This document shows, piece by piece, positions 13,400-25,848 of a DNA stretch of 64,000 nt. The position numbers were made by a program, and so were the translations under genes. The stretch is from assembly GCA_030264375.1 (NCBI GenBank), contig JASCQW010000027.1:80674182-80738181 (forward strand), read 5' to 3'. Under the pieces are notes generated by a model. It worked only from the letters and a program-made list of their open reading frames with translations, was not told where the DNA came from and ran no database searches. How positions within the stretch are numbered: the first letter of the stretch is position 1; each line of letters starts with the position of its first letter. Origin of the DNA: Carcharhinus longimanus (Eukaryota).

Positions 13400-13633
13400 G
13401 AAAGTGTATGCACTATCAGTGTATGGTGGTTAAAGAACCACAAGGTAGGCTTGGTAACTTGAACACTGGGGAACTCTTTATTGTAGGTGTGCACTGTTCC
13501 AGGGTCAGGTTGAAGACTGCACACCCGGATCTCAAACTGGGAGGAGCGAATACCCCAGGGATCACCTGACCAACACTCTTAAAGGGGCAGCACACACTCC
13601 AAACCCTAACATACATTATATACACGTATCACA
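13400..13633 (-). mobile_element. Solo LTR (Gypsy-like)
   Basis: Minus strand starts TGTGATACG and carries CCCCTTTAAG and AATAAA. Homologous to 12000-12192. Confidence 0.6.
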
Positions 13634-14004
13634 AGGGGATTTGAGGAAAACCTTCTTCACCCAGAGGGTTGAGAGAATCTGGAACTCTGTGAAAGGGTGG
13701 CAGAGGCGGGAATCCTTACAACACTTAAGAAGCACTTAGGTGAACACTTGGAACACAATTAACATACAGGGCTATGGACCAAGAGCTCATCTAAATGCTT
13801 CTCGAATGTGGTGAGGGCTCCCGTCTCTACCACCCTTTCATCAGAGTTCCAGATTCCAAAGCGGGATTACAACAGATAGGTGCTCGATGGCCAGCACCGA
13901 CACAATGGGCCGAAGGGCCTCTTTTTGTGCTTTGAAATTCTGTGGCCGTGACTATCGATGACAGGGCGAAAAGTGTGAGTAACATCACACATAAAATTAA
14001 TTAC

Positions 14005-14445
14005 GACAAATGGAATTTTGCCCTTCATTGCTAGTGGGATGGAATTTAAAAACAGCGAGGTTATGCTGCAGCTGTATAAGGTGCTGGTGAGACCAGACCT
14101 GGAGTACTGTGTACAGTTTTAGTCTCCTTATTTGAGGAAGGATATACTGGCACTGGAGGGGGTGCAGGAGATTCACTAGATCGATTCTGGAGTTGAGAGG
14201 GTTGGCTTATGAGGAGTGACTGAGTAGACTGGGACTATACTCATTGGAATTTAGGAGAATGAAAAGACATCTTACACAAACATATAAAATTATGAAGGGA
14301 ATAAATAAGATAGAAGCAGGGAGATTGTTTCCACTGGTGGATGAAACTAGAACTAGGGGGCATAGCCTCAAAATAAGTGGATGCAGATTTAAGACTGAGT
14401 TGAGGAGGAACTTCTTCACCCAAGGGGTTGTGAATCTGTGGACTG
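14005..14445 (+). mobile_element. CR1 LINE ORF2 C-terminal fragment
   Basis: LYKVLVRP.LEYCVQF; YKIMKGINKIEAGRLFPLVDETRTRGHSLKI...FFTQGVVNLW. Confidence 0.9.
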
Positions 14446-14459
14446 GATCTGCAGAGGGT

Positions 14460-15335
14460 GGAGAGGGAACCAACAAGAGGGAAGAGCCTACTTGACCTTA
14501 TCCTCACTAATCTACCTGCCACATATATATCTGCCCATGACAGTATTAGTTGGAGTGACCACCACACAGTCCTTTTGGAGATGAAGTCCCATCTTCCCAT
14601 TAAGAATACCCAAGTCCCACCTTCACGTTTAGGTTGTGTGGCACCACCACTATGCTAAATGAATTTTCAACAGAGCTAACAACTCAAAACTGGGCATTCA
14701 TGGACCATCACCTGTGGACCATCAGCAGCAGCAGAATTGTACCCAACCACAATCTGTAACATCAACATAAAATCATAGAATCTTTACAGTGCAGAAGGAG
14801 GCCATTTGATCCATCAAGTCTGCATCGACCACATTCCCACCAGGGCTCTACCCCCATAACCCCATGTATTTATCCTAGCTAGTCGCTCTGACACTAAGGG
14901 GTAATTTAGCATGGCCAATCCATCTAACCTGCACATCTTTGGACTGTGAGGGGAAATTGGAGCACTGGAGGAAACTCACACAGTTAGGGGAGAATGTGCT
15001 AACTCCACACAGACAATGACCCAGCCGGTACTCGAACATGGGTCCCTGCTGCCTAATAGGCAGCAGTGCTAATCAAGGTGCCATTGTGCAACCCATCACA
15101 TCCCCACTCTACTATTACCATCGCCCTGAGGAATCAACTGTGGCTAAATGAAGAGTGGATGAGTGCATGCCAGTAGCAGTATCAGGCATGCCTAAAAATG
15201 AGGTGTTGACCACGTGAAGCTACAACCACTGGATTACTTTCATGCTAAACGTCAAAAGCAGCATACAATCAACAGAATTAAACAATTCCACAACCAACAA
15301 ATCAGATGTAGGGTTGAATTCTCCAACCACATCTG
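14460..15335 (+). mobile_element. Decayed LINE ORF2 fragment (end of APE endonuclease), interrupted by an HE1 SINE
   Basis: EPTRGKSLLDLILTN...SDHHTVL carries the APE endonuclease C-terminal motifs (LD..L.N, SDH). Confidence 0.75.
14767..15094 (-). mobile_element. HE1-type V-SINE
   Basis: Same head, V-domain and tail as the other copies, in reverse orientation. Confidence 0.85.
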
Positions 15336-15399
15336 CAGCTGGATTCTCTGGTCCTGCTACAGTGAACAGAGGTTTGGCTTCTTTCTGGCAGCTGTGGAA

Positions 15400-15840
15400 A
15401 TACCGAAGAATTCCTATTCCCATTCCCATTGCCTCTGTGCTCATTGACTTACACTGGCTCCCGGTTAAAGGAATGCCTTAATTTTAAAATTCTCTTTCTT
15501 TCAAATCCTTCGATGGCCTCATCTCTCCCTATCTCTGTAACAGCCCTCTGTGATTTCCTTGATCTTCCATTTCCAGCCTCCTAAGCATCTCCTATTTGAA
15601 TCTCTCTATGATTGGTGGCTGTACATTAAACTGTGCGGGTCTGAAGCTCTAGAATTTCCCCCCTCACCCATCCTGCCTTTCTATTCCTCGCATTCCTACT
15701 TTATATTTCTGACCAAGGATTGGTCATCTGACCTAATAACTCTTTCTGCACTGTCATATTCTGTTTTAGAATTCTCCTGTGAAGAACCCTGGATGTTTTA
15801 TTACTTCAAAAATCACTATATAAATACATGTTGTTGTTTC
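15400..15840 (+). mobile_element. L2 LINE 3' end
   Basis: PIASVLIDLHWLPV..FKIL motif and a TATATAAAT..ATGTTGTTGTT tail. Confidence 0.75.
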
Positions 15841-15974
15841 TGTTGTCCCTTGGCAACATCATCCAACAATAGGCAATACATTCCACATGTACGATACTGA
15901 GCTCTACCACCCCAGTGCCTTTCTCAACACTTCTAATGTCTCTGTGTTGTCTTAGTGCTGATATTTGACATCCT

Positions 15975-16390
15975 GATTTGCTTTGATTTATTATCGTCAC
16001 ATGTATTAGTATGCAGTAAGAAGTATTGTTTCTTGCACGCTATACAGACAAAGCATACCATGCAGAGAAGGAAAGAATGCAGAATGTAGTGTTTCAGTCA
16101 TAGCTAGGGTCTAGGGAAAGATCAACTTAACGTGAGGCAGGTCCATTCAAAAGTCTGATGGAGCAGGGAAGAAGCTTGAGTTGGTTGTGGTACGTGACCT
16201 CAGACTTTTGTATCTTTTACCTGACAGAAGAAGGTGGAAGAGAAAATGTTTGGGGTGCATGAGGTCCTTAATTATGCTAGCTGCTTTTCTGAGGCTGCAG
16301 GGAGTGTAGACAGAATCAGTGGGTGGGAGGCTGGTTTGAGTGATAGACTGGGCTTTGTTCATGACCCTTTGTTGCTTCTTGCGGTCCAGT
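15975..16390 (-). mobile_element. Rex1/Babar-like LINE 3' end
   Basis: ORF 16147-16416 encodes KAASIIKD..HP.H.LFHLL.SGKRYKSLRSRT..FFPA; tail ATGTGACGATAATAAATCAAA. Confidence 0.8.
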
Positions 16391-16409
16391 CTTGGATGAG
16401 ATGAAATTT

Positions 16410-16860
16410 CATCCAATTAAGCATTGAGAAAACTGAAGTCATGACCTTCAACATCTTTAAAAATGTTGTTCCCTACTCCTCCTGGACCATTATCTGAGAC
16501 TGAGGGTTAAGTTTCCAACCCCATATTTGAGCTATCTCAAAGACTGCCTACTGCCACCTCCATCACAAAGCTTTGCTCCATGCCACATAAGCCCATAACC
16601 ACGTCGCAATATTCTTGTTAAGTCTGGATTCAACTATTCTAATGTTCTTCTGGGCAGTATTCCTTTTTCCACTACCCATAAACTTAAGTTCATCCAAAAC
16701 TCTGCTGCCTGTTATTAACACACATTCATTCCTGTACATCCCTCGCTCCCACTGCTCACTGGTTTACTTTGGCATCTAACCCAGAAATACATCAAATTTT
16801 AAATTCTCATACTTTTTAAAAAATTGCTAATTGGCTTCATCTCTCATCCCCTCCACTCCG
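16410..16860 (+). mobile_element. L2 LINE fragment, decayed
   Basis: KTEVM..; NYSNVLLG..; KLKFIQNSAA; FKILIL, all typical of the L2 ORF2 C-terminus. Confidence 0.65.
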
Positions 16861-16952
16861 GCCCAGCAATGGACCAGCAGGAACAACTATTGCAACTGGC
16901 AATTTTCAGTGACTTGGCTTATGCTTTTTCAGTGGACTTTTTAATTGAAAGA

Positions 16953-17140
16953 AAGAATACTACAATGCAGAAGGAGGCCATTTAGCACATTGAGCCTGCA
17001 CCAATAACAATCCCACCCAGACCCTATTTCTGGTGACACCACATTTTACCCTGCTAGTCCCCCTGACATTAAGGGGCAATTTAGCATGGCCAATCAACCT
17101 AAACCACACATCTTTGGACTGAGACAGGAAATTGGGGCAC
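16953..17140 (-). mobile_element. HE1-type V-SINE, 3' part
   Basis: GGGGCAATTTAGCATGGCCAATCAACCTAA...ACATCTTTGGACT, identical in layout to the other minus-strand copies. Confidence 0.8.
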
Positions 17141-17364
17141 CCAGGTTCCTGACTTTGGGACCAAATGGGATTCCTGACCTGCACTTGTTGACACGGACTG
17201 ACTCAGTAATCTCTCTGGGGATGGGCCAATTAATTGGCAGTGCCCCCAGCCTGTCATCCAAATAAGGAATCAAATAGGCTGTCAATACTGCTGGCTCGAT
17301 CAGATGGATGGAAGCTATACAGCCTTGACAGCCCCACCAGGAGAGGTAGATGCTGCTGTGGCAG

Positions 17365-17493
17365 ACCTTACAAAAGATCATCAGCCTGAAATGTTCATGT
17401 TTCTTTCTTCACAGATGCTTCCAGGCCTGCTGAGTAAATCAGCATTTTCTGTTTTCATTTTAGATGTTTAGCATCTGCAGTGTTTTGCTTCTA
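17365..17493 (+). mobile_element. Old PLE 3'-tail remnant with decayed hammerhead region
   Basis: ..CAAAAGATCATCAGCCTGAAATGTT..CACAGATGCT.CCAGGCCTGCTGAGT..AGCATTTTCTG..AGCATCTGCAG is related to 44058-44160 and 26790-26926. Confidence 0.6.
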
Positions 17494-17570
17494 TAATAAA
17501 GGGAAAACAGAATTGACACTAACCATTCAGCAATAAGGAAACACGGTCAGCTGTGGTGAAAAATAAACTT

Positions 17571-18290
17571 GGGCCCCAATTTTACCATCAAATTGCAACC
17601 ATTTTTGGGCTCGAAAACTTGGTAAAGTTGGGTGTGAGACAAGTAGCACGATCCGCGCCTGACTCCGTGTCGGTTCACCCTTTACCAAGGCCCGAAAATG
17701 GCCGTGATAGGGACCGCACCCGAAACGGATGCATTTAAATTGACTTAATGGGCTGCAGGCCCAACCTTACTGGCACTTCCCCCTTTATCATCGGGTTCGC
17801 CCACCCAGAATCGGCACAAAACAGACATGCTCCACAAAAGCCCGATTCAGGCACTCCAGTTAGTGAGGAGATAAGTGTTGAACATCTAATGGCTCTCTGC
17901 TTGAGATCAGTGAGTGGGGTGGTAGGGTGGGGAGGGGGTGTTTCTGCTGCCACTCTGCCTGAGATCAGTGAAGAGGAATCTGGGGTCCACTTCCACTCTG
18001 CCTCAGATTGGTGGCGAGATGGGTGGAGAGGGGAGGAGGGGGAGGCCCACAATTTGTCTGGGTGGCAGAGGATTGGAAGGATAAGGAGGTCAGTAATGTT
18101 GTGGGGTGGGACAATGTCTGTGGGGACCGGGGGAAGCATTATCCGACCCAGGAGCAATGTGGCAGGGGAGCAGCATTCTATCATTTCTTTTCTGCCTATG
18201 TGCAATTGGAGGCGTTGATCGGATGCGTTAGGCCCCACCCACAGGCTTCTGCAGTACGATTCGGAATCGCTGATATTTTTTCAGGCAGAT
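17571..18290. mobile_element. PIF/Harbinger-like MITE, truncated; related to 772-1732
   Basis: GGGCCCCAATTTTACCATCAAATTGCAACCATTT..GGTAAAGTTGGGTGT resembles the reverse complement of 1665-1732. Confidence 0.6.
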
Positions 18291-18291
18291 T

Positions 18292-19295
18292 GGCTGACCA
18301 TCAGAAACCAAAGAGTGGGGATAAATGGTATTCTCCTGGTTGTAATTAGTGGTATACCACTGGGTTTGGTCCTCAGGCCCCCACTATTACAAACTATATT
18401 AATGACTTGGATACGGGGATAGATTGCACCATAGCCAAATTTGCAGATGATACTAAAATAGGTGTGAAAGCAAGTTATAGTGAAGAAATAAGAAACTTAC
18501 AGATGGATGTGAATAGGTTAGATGAGTGGGCCAAAATATCACAAACGGAATTTAAAGTGGATAAGCGCAAAGTTATCCATTTTAATTGGAGGAATAAAAA
18601 TGCAACTTATTATCTAAACGGAGAGAAATGTCAACAGCTTTGGTGCAGCGGCATCTGGGTGTCTTTGTGCATGAATTGCAGAAAATTAGTATGCAGTTGC
18701 AGCAGGTAATAAGGAAGGCAAATGGAATTTTGGCATTCATTGCCAATAACGTATAAAAGTAGAGAGGCACTATTGGAGTTGTGTAGGGCATTAGTGAGAC
18801 TGCATTTGGAGTATTGCACACAGTTTTGGTCTCCTTACTTGAGGAAGGACGTAAGTTAATTAGAGGTGGTTCAGAGAAGGTTCACTAGATTGATTCCAGG
18901 GATGAAAGACTTATGAAGAGAGATTGAACAGTTTAGACCTATGTTCGCTAATGGGACGACATTTAATTGAAGTATATGAGATGCTAAAGGATAGAGCATA
19001 GAGCAGATGTTTCCTCTTATTGGTCATTCTAGAATGAGAGGCCATGATTTTAGGCTAAGGAAAGGCAGATTTAAAAGAGAAGTGAGGAGGAATTACTTAA
19101 AGGATCATGAACCTGAGGAATCTGTGACCCCCAGAGTGCAATGGACGCTGGAGTTTTAAGGCAGGATAGATAAGTTTTCAATTAGTAGTGGGCTGGGGGT
19201 TTTTGGAAGTGGGCAGGAGGGTGGAGATGAGATCAGAAAAGATTGTATTGAATGGTGAACCAGACTCAAGGGGATGAGTTTGTATGATCTTATGC
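18292..19295 (+). mobile_element. CR1 LINE RT-to-3' fragment
   Basis: YINDLDTGIDCTIAKFADDTKIG; LEYCTQFWSPYLRKD; EVVQRRFTRLIPG. Confidence 0.92.
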
Positions 19296-19325
19296 GATGC
19301 TGGATAAAATTAGCAAGGGATTGCT

Positions 19326-19638
19326 GGGGAAGCACAGTGGCACAGTAGTTAGCACTGCTGTCTCACAATGCCAGGGACTGGGTTCAATTCCAGCCTCAGT
19401 TACTGTTGTGTGGAGTTTGCACATTCTCCTGTGTTTGTGTGGGTTTGCTCTGGGTGCACCGGTTTCTTACCACGGTCCAAAGACGTGCGGGTTAGGTGGA
19501 TTGACCATGCGACATTGCCCCTTAGCATCAGGAGGGATTAGCAGGGGTTACGGGGATAGGGTCTGGGAGGGATTGTTGGAAGGAAGGCTCAATGGGCCAA
19601 ATAGTCTTCTTCTGCAGTGTAAGGATTCTATGATTCTA
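19326..19638 (+). mobile_element. HE1-type V-SINE
   Basis: A and B boxes, V-domain, GATTCTATGATTCTA tail. Confidence 0.9.
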
Positions 19639-19712
19639 ACATTAACAGAGTTAATGTTTTAAACCATATGCATTTGAAACATTAACTCTATTTCTGCATT
19701 TTCTGCTTTAAC

Positions 19713-21999
19713 CTATTGCTGGCTTGTCCGATCTGTGGCCCATGTGTCACAACTATATGTGGCTCCTGGTTGATTGGTGCTGGTAAGAGAGGTCAATGAG
19801 TTTGAAAACTTCTGCAGGAGACGATTTGCTGCTGGAGGATCACTATTGAGCCTATAAGCAGTAAATATGGGAGAGAAATAGGCTGTGATTAGAGGATCAG
19901 TGAACACTATAAACAGCAAGCATATGAGGATAGACACTCAGCAGGAACTGTGGTCTCTGCTCACCATGCTTTCCCATGCCTCTGGCTGCTTTCCTGCAGC
20001 TCCTGGAGCTCTGGCTTGNNNNNNNNNNNNNNNNNNNNNNNNNNNNNNNNNNNNNNNNNNNNNNNNNNNNNNNNNNNNNNNNNNNNNNNNNNNNNNNNNN
20101 NNNNNNNNNNNNNNNNNNNNNNNNNNNNNNNNNNNNNNNNNNNNNNNNNNNNNNNNNNNNNNNNNNNNNNNNNNNNNNNNNNNNNNNNNNNNNNNNNNNN
20201 NNNNNNNNNNNNNNNNNNNNNNNNNNNNNNNNNNNNNNATATAGGTTGAGAGGAGTTTGTACTTTCCTCCGCAATGTTGTCCCCCTCCTTGGTTAATGGA
20301 ACAAGATCTGACTGTGAGATCAATGGCACCTTGGAAACCCCCTGCCAATGTGTGGAACTCACAGATGTGTCAGTGAACAAAGTTTGCAAGGTTGCTTTCT
20401 GAGCCTGTAAGGACCAAGATTCAATGAGCAAAGAGGGTACTGGTCTGCTGGTCTGTCAATGGAGCATATCTTCAAAAGGGCTGAAACATTGCTCCAACAC
20501 ACATTTGAACTGGACTCCTCTATCCTCACCAACAATCTATCCTGGATGGTGATATCCTTTGATAGAGGTTTTTGAAACAACAAGGAGTCTGAAAAGAATA
20601 GATCAGGAAAATCTATCCCCATTTGTTGAAGGCTTGAAAACCAGAGGGCACCAATTTAAGGTAATGGGCAAAGGAAAAAATGGCGACATGAAGAAAAGCA
20701 CTTTGATGCAGCAAGCTGTTAGAATTTGGAATCAATCTTGTGGGAGTATGGTAGAGTAGGTTCAATGGAGGCATTCAAGAGGGAATTGGATTGTTACCTG
20801 AAAAGGAAGAATGTGCAGGGCAATGGGAGAAGGAGAGGGAATGGTGCTAGATAAATTTCTCCTACAAAGAGCAGGTGCAGACATGACAAGTCCAATGATC
20901 ATCATCCGTGCTGCAACAATTGTGTTCTGTGATTCTCAGTGCCATTGTGGTCAGCATGTCTGGCAGGGATGCCAGTAACTTGCATTATTGCTGCTGAGTA
21001 TCGAGCACTTGCCCTTTAATTGGTACCCCCTTCCCCCCGACTACAATTCCAAGTCCATCTAGTAAAAGTTAGAGAGGATTGTACTTCTCACAGCTGATTC
21101 TGTTACTGCTTTCAGCTTGTGCTCACTTGTACTGTTCAGCAGGCGACATTAAACTACCCAAAAGGATCCACCAATGTTCTTATATTGATACTGATACCTG
21201 CAATGCATGTGTCCTGTAATGGTTCACCTTCAGTATGAATGAGATCCCCTGAGGAATTCTTTTCATCTCTGGCTAGGGACTTGTTTTCTTAATGCGACAG
21301 TCATGGAGGTGAGAAATGATATACACAATTTAACCATGGTGCTCTACAAATGATTGTGATCATATTTATAATGTGATTAACTCAAGATGACCTTGTTTCA
21401 GGAAAAAATAGGTGATATTTTTCCAACACTGACCAATCTCCCCATCCCTGCTTCCCAAGGAGGTAGATGTGGCACTAAAATGTTCTTCCTGCTGGGTGAA
21501 ACTTCACAATCTGTTACGGTCTGCTTCTTGCCCTCCCACTTTCCCTGACAATTTACGCTCACTTCTCCTGCAAAGGTGGCATGACCTGTGAGTAACTGAA
21601 AGATGTGTGTGTTTATTGGATGCAATGCACTTGCTAAGGGTGACAACTGGGTAAGTTCGTGGTGAGTGGCACTGGCATGCATTTGAGGATGTATTGTCAC
21701 CCATTTGTCTACAAGTATTGTACGTGAGGGCACTGACTAAGATGTTATCCGGCTGTACGTGCATTGGGATAAGAGGCAATGCTGAATACAGGAGGTGATG
21801 AAATGCATGTAAATGGAATGATGGGCACTGCTAAAAGTGAAGTAGGCATGAGGAGTGATACGATGTTTCATTTTAAAGGTGATAGCAATTTGTTTTCACC
21901 TTGCTGGGAAGAAGAGCTCCCTACTGCACTTACTGTGCCTAACACAATCAGAGATGACTGTGTGAATATAAATGCACCATTTTCTCTCCCTGCAGGCAT
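19713..21999 (-). pseudogene. Probable decayed PIF/Harbinger Myb/SANT-like accessory gene with introns
   Basis: MPAGRENGAFIFTQSSLIVLGTVSA, then after a frameshift RELFFPA, resembles the Myb/SANT-like N-terminus (R..APRFS..LEVL..V.ARR..LFP). The acceptor TTTGCAG|GAGAAG near 21567 opens an EK.A...RE...QIV..T.QEE-like exon. LLASLPDMLTTMAL/RIEESSSN is split by a CR1 insertion. A phase-compatible GT-AG intron lies at about 19852-19964. Confidence 0.5.
20540..20935 (+). mobile_element. CR1 LINE 3' end
   Basis: IEVFETTRSLKRIDQENL.PFVEGLKTRGHQFKV..VRIWN plus a 3' UTR. Confidence 0.85.
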
Positions 22000-22809
22000 G
22001 TCTCTTACTTTTCTTTTGTTTTGTACCTCACCATTGACCTTCAGATGCTTTCCTCCATGAACTGGACAGTTGTATAGTTGAGGTGAAGTAACATTGTGCC
22101 TGCTCACACATATTAGATACAAATAACTCAGAAATCAAATGATAATGAGGCATCCCACACGTATCCCATGATTGTGTACATATTGCACATAATCGACTCC
22201 AGCCCATTTAGGATCCTTTGGGACCCTAGTTTCATTAATCATAGTTTCATTTGCCCCCTTCTTGCATTCCTGGCTATTGCTTAAGCATTTATAATTTAAC
22301 ACTTCACTTATATTCATGCATTCGATTTTCTTTAGGAGGGACTTTGATAGAATTTGTACCCCGCTTAACACTAAGCTTTTAGCTTAATTCCTCATCCAGC
22401 AGTGATCCAGCTTGGAATTGCTCTCCCAGATTTTCTCATGCTTAGATTCAGCTAACTTTGATTAGCCTATCTGTACCTGATGTTAGCCTCCACCCCATTT
22501 GCCTTGGGAAATACTGGTAATATACTCTCAATTACATGCTAGATTGGTGATATTGACATCAATCTGAGGTGAAATTGCAAATGTAGCAAGCATTTCACTG
22601 TGCAGTCAACTATTGTGCTATCACAGACTTTAGCTAAGACAGAAATCAGGGGGAGTTTTTAATTTCACTCTCCTTATTTTGCACTCATTACAGCAAGTGC
22701 TGACAACTTAAATTCTACATATCAAGTCCAAAGAAAGCAAATTATTAGATACATTTTAGTGAATGGATATGATGTCTAATTTTAATTCTTCAACAGAAAA
22801 GTGAAGGTT

Positions 22810-22975
22810 AGTTTGATTTGATTTATTATTGTCACATGTATTGGGATACAGTCTCTTGTGCACAATCCAGGCAAAACATGGTGTTCATAGAATACATAGG
22901 GGAGAAGGAAAGGAGAGAGTGCAGAATATAGTGTGAAAGTCGTAGCAAAGGTGTAGAGAAAGATCAGCTTAATAA
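22810..22975 (-). mobile_element. Rex1/Babar-like LINE 3' tail
   Basis: TTTGATTTGATTTATTATTGTCACATGTA is the reverse complement of the tail at 53785-53811. Confidence 0.75.
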
Positions 22976-23029
22976 GATAAGTCTCTTCTTAAAAAAAAAT
23001 CCTTGCAACAAAATTAGATTACCTTTCCT

Positions 23030-25100
23030 TCTGAGCTCCAATAGATACAGACCCTGCCTCTCCAATCTTTCCCTACAAGACAACACCACCCGCCCCACCC
23101 CCCCTCCCCCCCCAGGAGTGTTATTCTTCCCAGATATTAGTTGAGTGAACCTTCCATGAACTGCTACAGCACATTTATACCTTTTCTTGAATAAGGAGAG
23201 CAAAACTACACACATCACTCCAAATGTGGTCTCACCAATGCTCTGTACATCTTCAACTGGTTTCACTGTGGCCTCAAATTTACTTTCCTGTCTACTCCCA
23301 ATACCCTTTGATTCCCTTGTCAATAAAGAATCCACCTAATTCACCCTTAAAAATAATCAAGACCCTGCTCCCACCATATTCTGGGGAAGAGAATTCTGCA
23401 GACTAATGACTCTCCAAGAGAAAAAAAATCCTCATCTCCCTTTAATTTTTAAACTGTGTCCCCTAGTGCTAGCCTCTTCCTTAAGGAAAGGGANNNNNNN
23501 NNNNNNNNNNNNNNNNNNNNNNNNNNNNNNNNNNNNNNNNNNNNNNNNNNNNNNNNNNNNNNNNNNNNNNNNNNNNNNNNNNNNNNNNNNNNNGTCAAGA
23601 CTCTTCAGAATCTTGTGTGGTTCAATAAAATCATTTCTCATCATTTCTCAGAGAGAACCCTCTCTGAGCTATTTTGAAAGCAATTATTTCCTGTCTTAAA
23701 TAAGGAGACCTACACATGTATAGTGTTCTAGATATGGTCTAACCAACTGTACAACTGTAGCAAAACTTCTCTACTTCTGCATTCCATTCCTGTTGCAATA
23801 AATAGCAACCTCCCATTTGCCTTCATAACCACTTCCTGCACATGCCTACTAACTGTGATTCATGTACCAGGGAATACTGATCCCTCTTTACCACAAAGTC
23901 CTGCAATTTCTCTCCATTTAAACAATATGTTACCTTACTGTTCTTCCTGCAAAGTAGACAAGTTCACATTTTCCAACGTTGTACTCATCTGCCAATTTTT
24001 TTCCAGCTCATTTAACCTATCTTAATTCCTTTGCAGATGCTTTATGGCCTCTTCACAATTTACCTTCCTTAACGTTGTGCCATCAGAACATTTAGCAATT
24101 ATGCATTTGCTTCCTTCATTCAAGTCATCGATACAGATTGTAAATAGTTGAGGAGGTCCCAGCACTGATCTTTGTAGCACTCCAGTTGTTACATCTTTCT
24201 AACACAAATATGACCCATTTATGTTTTTCTGTTTCCTGTCAGCTAACCAATATGTTAAGCTAAGTCTACCAATATGTTACTCCCTAGACCATGAGTTCTT
24301 ATTTTGTGCAGTAATCTTTGATGTGGCATCTTGTCAAATGCCTTCTGGAAATGAAAGTACACCACATCTACATGATCCCCTTTATCCATGTTGTTACTCT
24401 CTCAGGGCTAAGAACAGCCAACAATTTTACTATCACAACCATGTTGACTCTGCTCGATTACATTAAAATTAAAGTGACTGTTTTAGCCTCCTAATTAATA
24501 GATGTCCGCGTTTTCCTTATAACAGATATTATGCCAATTAGCCTATAATTTCCTCCATGCTGTCTTCTTTTGATCCTAAATTTCCAATCCCATGGGTGCC
24601 TTCCAGAATTTCTAGAATTTTAGAAAATTGAAATTAATCCATCTGTTATCTCAGTGGCCATTTCTTCAAGACCTTAGGATAATTTACACCAAGAATTAGG
24701 GACTTGATAGCCGTTAGTTCTAACAATTTTCTCAATATCCTTTCCTTGGCAATTGTAAGTGTTTTAAGCTCCTCTTTCCCTTTCATTTCTTGATTTAAAA
24801 GTATTTGTGTGGTGCGATTTGTGTCTTCTACAATGAAGACAGACTCAAATCTGCTCAGTTAAACAACCATTCCTATATTTTCAATCAATTCCCCAGATTC
24901 ATTTCTAGAGAACCAATTTTCACTTTAGTTACTATTTTTGAAATACCTATAAAAACACTGATTTTCTGTTTTCATATTTCTAGCTAGCTTTCTGTAGAAC
25001 ACAATTTTTTCCTTTTTTTAAGTAATTCTTTGCTTTTTTTAACATTCTGTCCCATCTTCTAGCATGTCACTAATCTTTGTAGAATTTTATACTTTTTCTT
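23030..25100 (-). mobile_element. Decayed CR1 LINE fragments (at least two pieces)
   Basis: Reverse-strand RERLER.GLY.LE.RR, TRGHSLKIKG, and RT-region remnants (GTCAAATGCCTTCTGGAAAT, CCCAGCACTGATC). Confidence 0.75.
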
Positions 25101-25848
25101 TCAATTTGATATTGGTTGCAATTCTTCTGAATTGGGACTAAGTGGGAGACTGTAGAGTTTCCCATTGGTGTTAGCAGCACCCGTTAGCTGAGATTCTCCC
25201 ACATGATTGATGCTAATTTATTCATTGCGGACAACCTGCTGGGGAGTCCCGCTGCTCTGAGATTGGGCCACCATTTTTAAATGGTGAGCCAATTTCTGCA
25301 CTCAGAGACATGCTTCCCTTCCACAAAAATTGAATGGTGCTCCCTCCCACTGACCAGGGGAGCACCACCAACCCCTTATCAAAGAGGGGCTTCCTCCCCT
25401 CCACCCAAAAGTAATGAGTCACCCATCTCCCCACACACCTTTAGCCCCCTCCCCACTCAGACACTCCACATAACTCCTCATCCTCCTCTCAGACCCTCCC
25501 CACCGCCCCCACAACCACCTCCAGGCCAAGCACTTTGACAGCATGAACAGTGCACTGCCCCCTGGCAGCCTGGCATTGATGCCTTGGGCTCCGTGGGGAC
25601 TTGAGGAGGTGGGGGATCATTTGCCGTTCTGCTGATGCCAGGCTGCTGGGGAAGGATCTCTCAAGAGTTCTAGAGATTGGGTGGGATCGGGCTGGGTGCA
25701 AGAGGCTGACCTCGCCTCTCTCCACAGGGATGGTGGTGTCATGGTTGGACTGTCTCTTCTAAACCTGACAGATCTGAAGATCACTCCTGGCATTGTAATA
25801 AGTAGGAAATACTCAGCAGTCAAGCACCAACCTGCTTCTCTGTAATCA

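Larger units (their letters stand above)
12965..13950 (+). mobile_element. CR1 3' fragment interrupted by an HE1 SINE and a solo LTR
   Basis: KLFP..TQG(H)RL.IRG breaks at about 13055 and resumes at 13634 (GGGGATTTGAGGAAAACCTTCTTCACCCAGAGGGT), followed by the GGGCCGAAGGGCCT tail. Confidence 0.8.
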
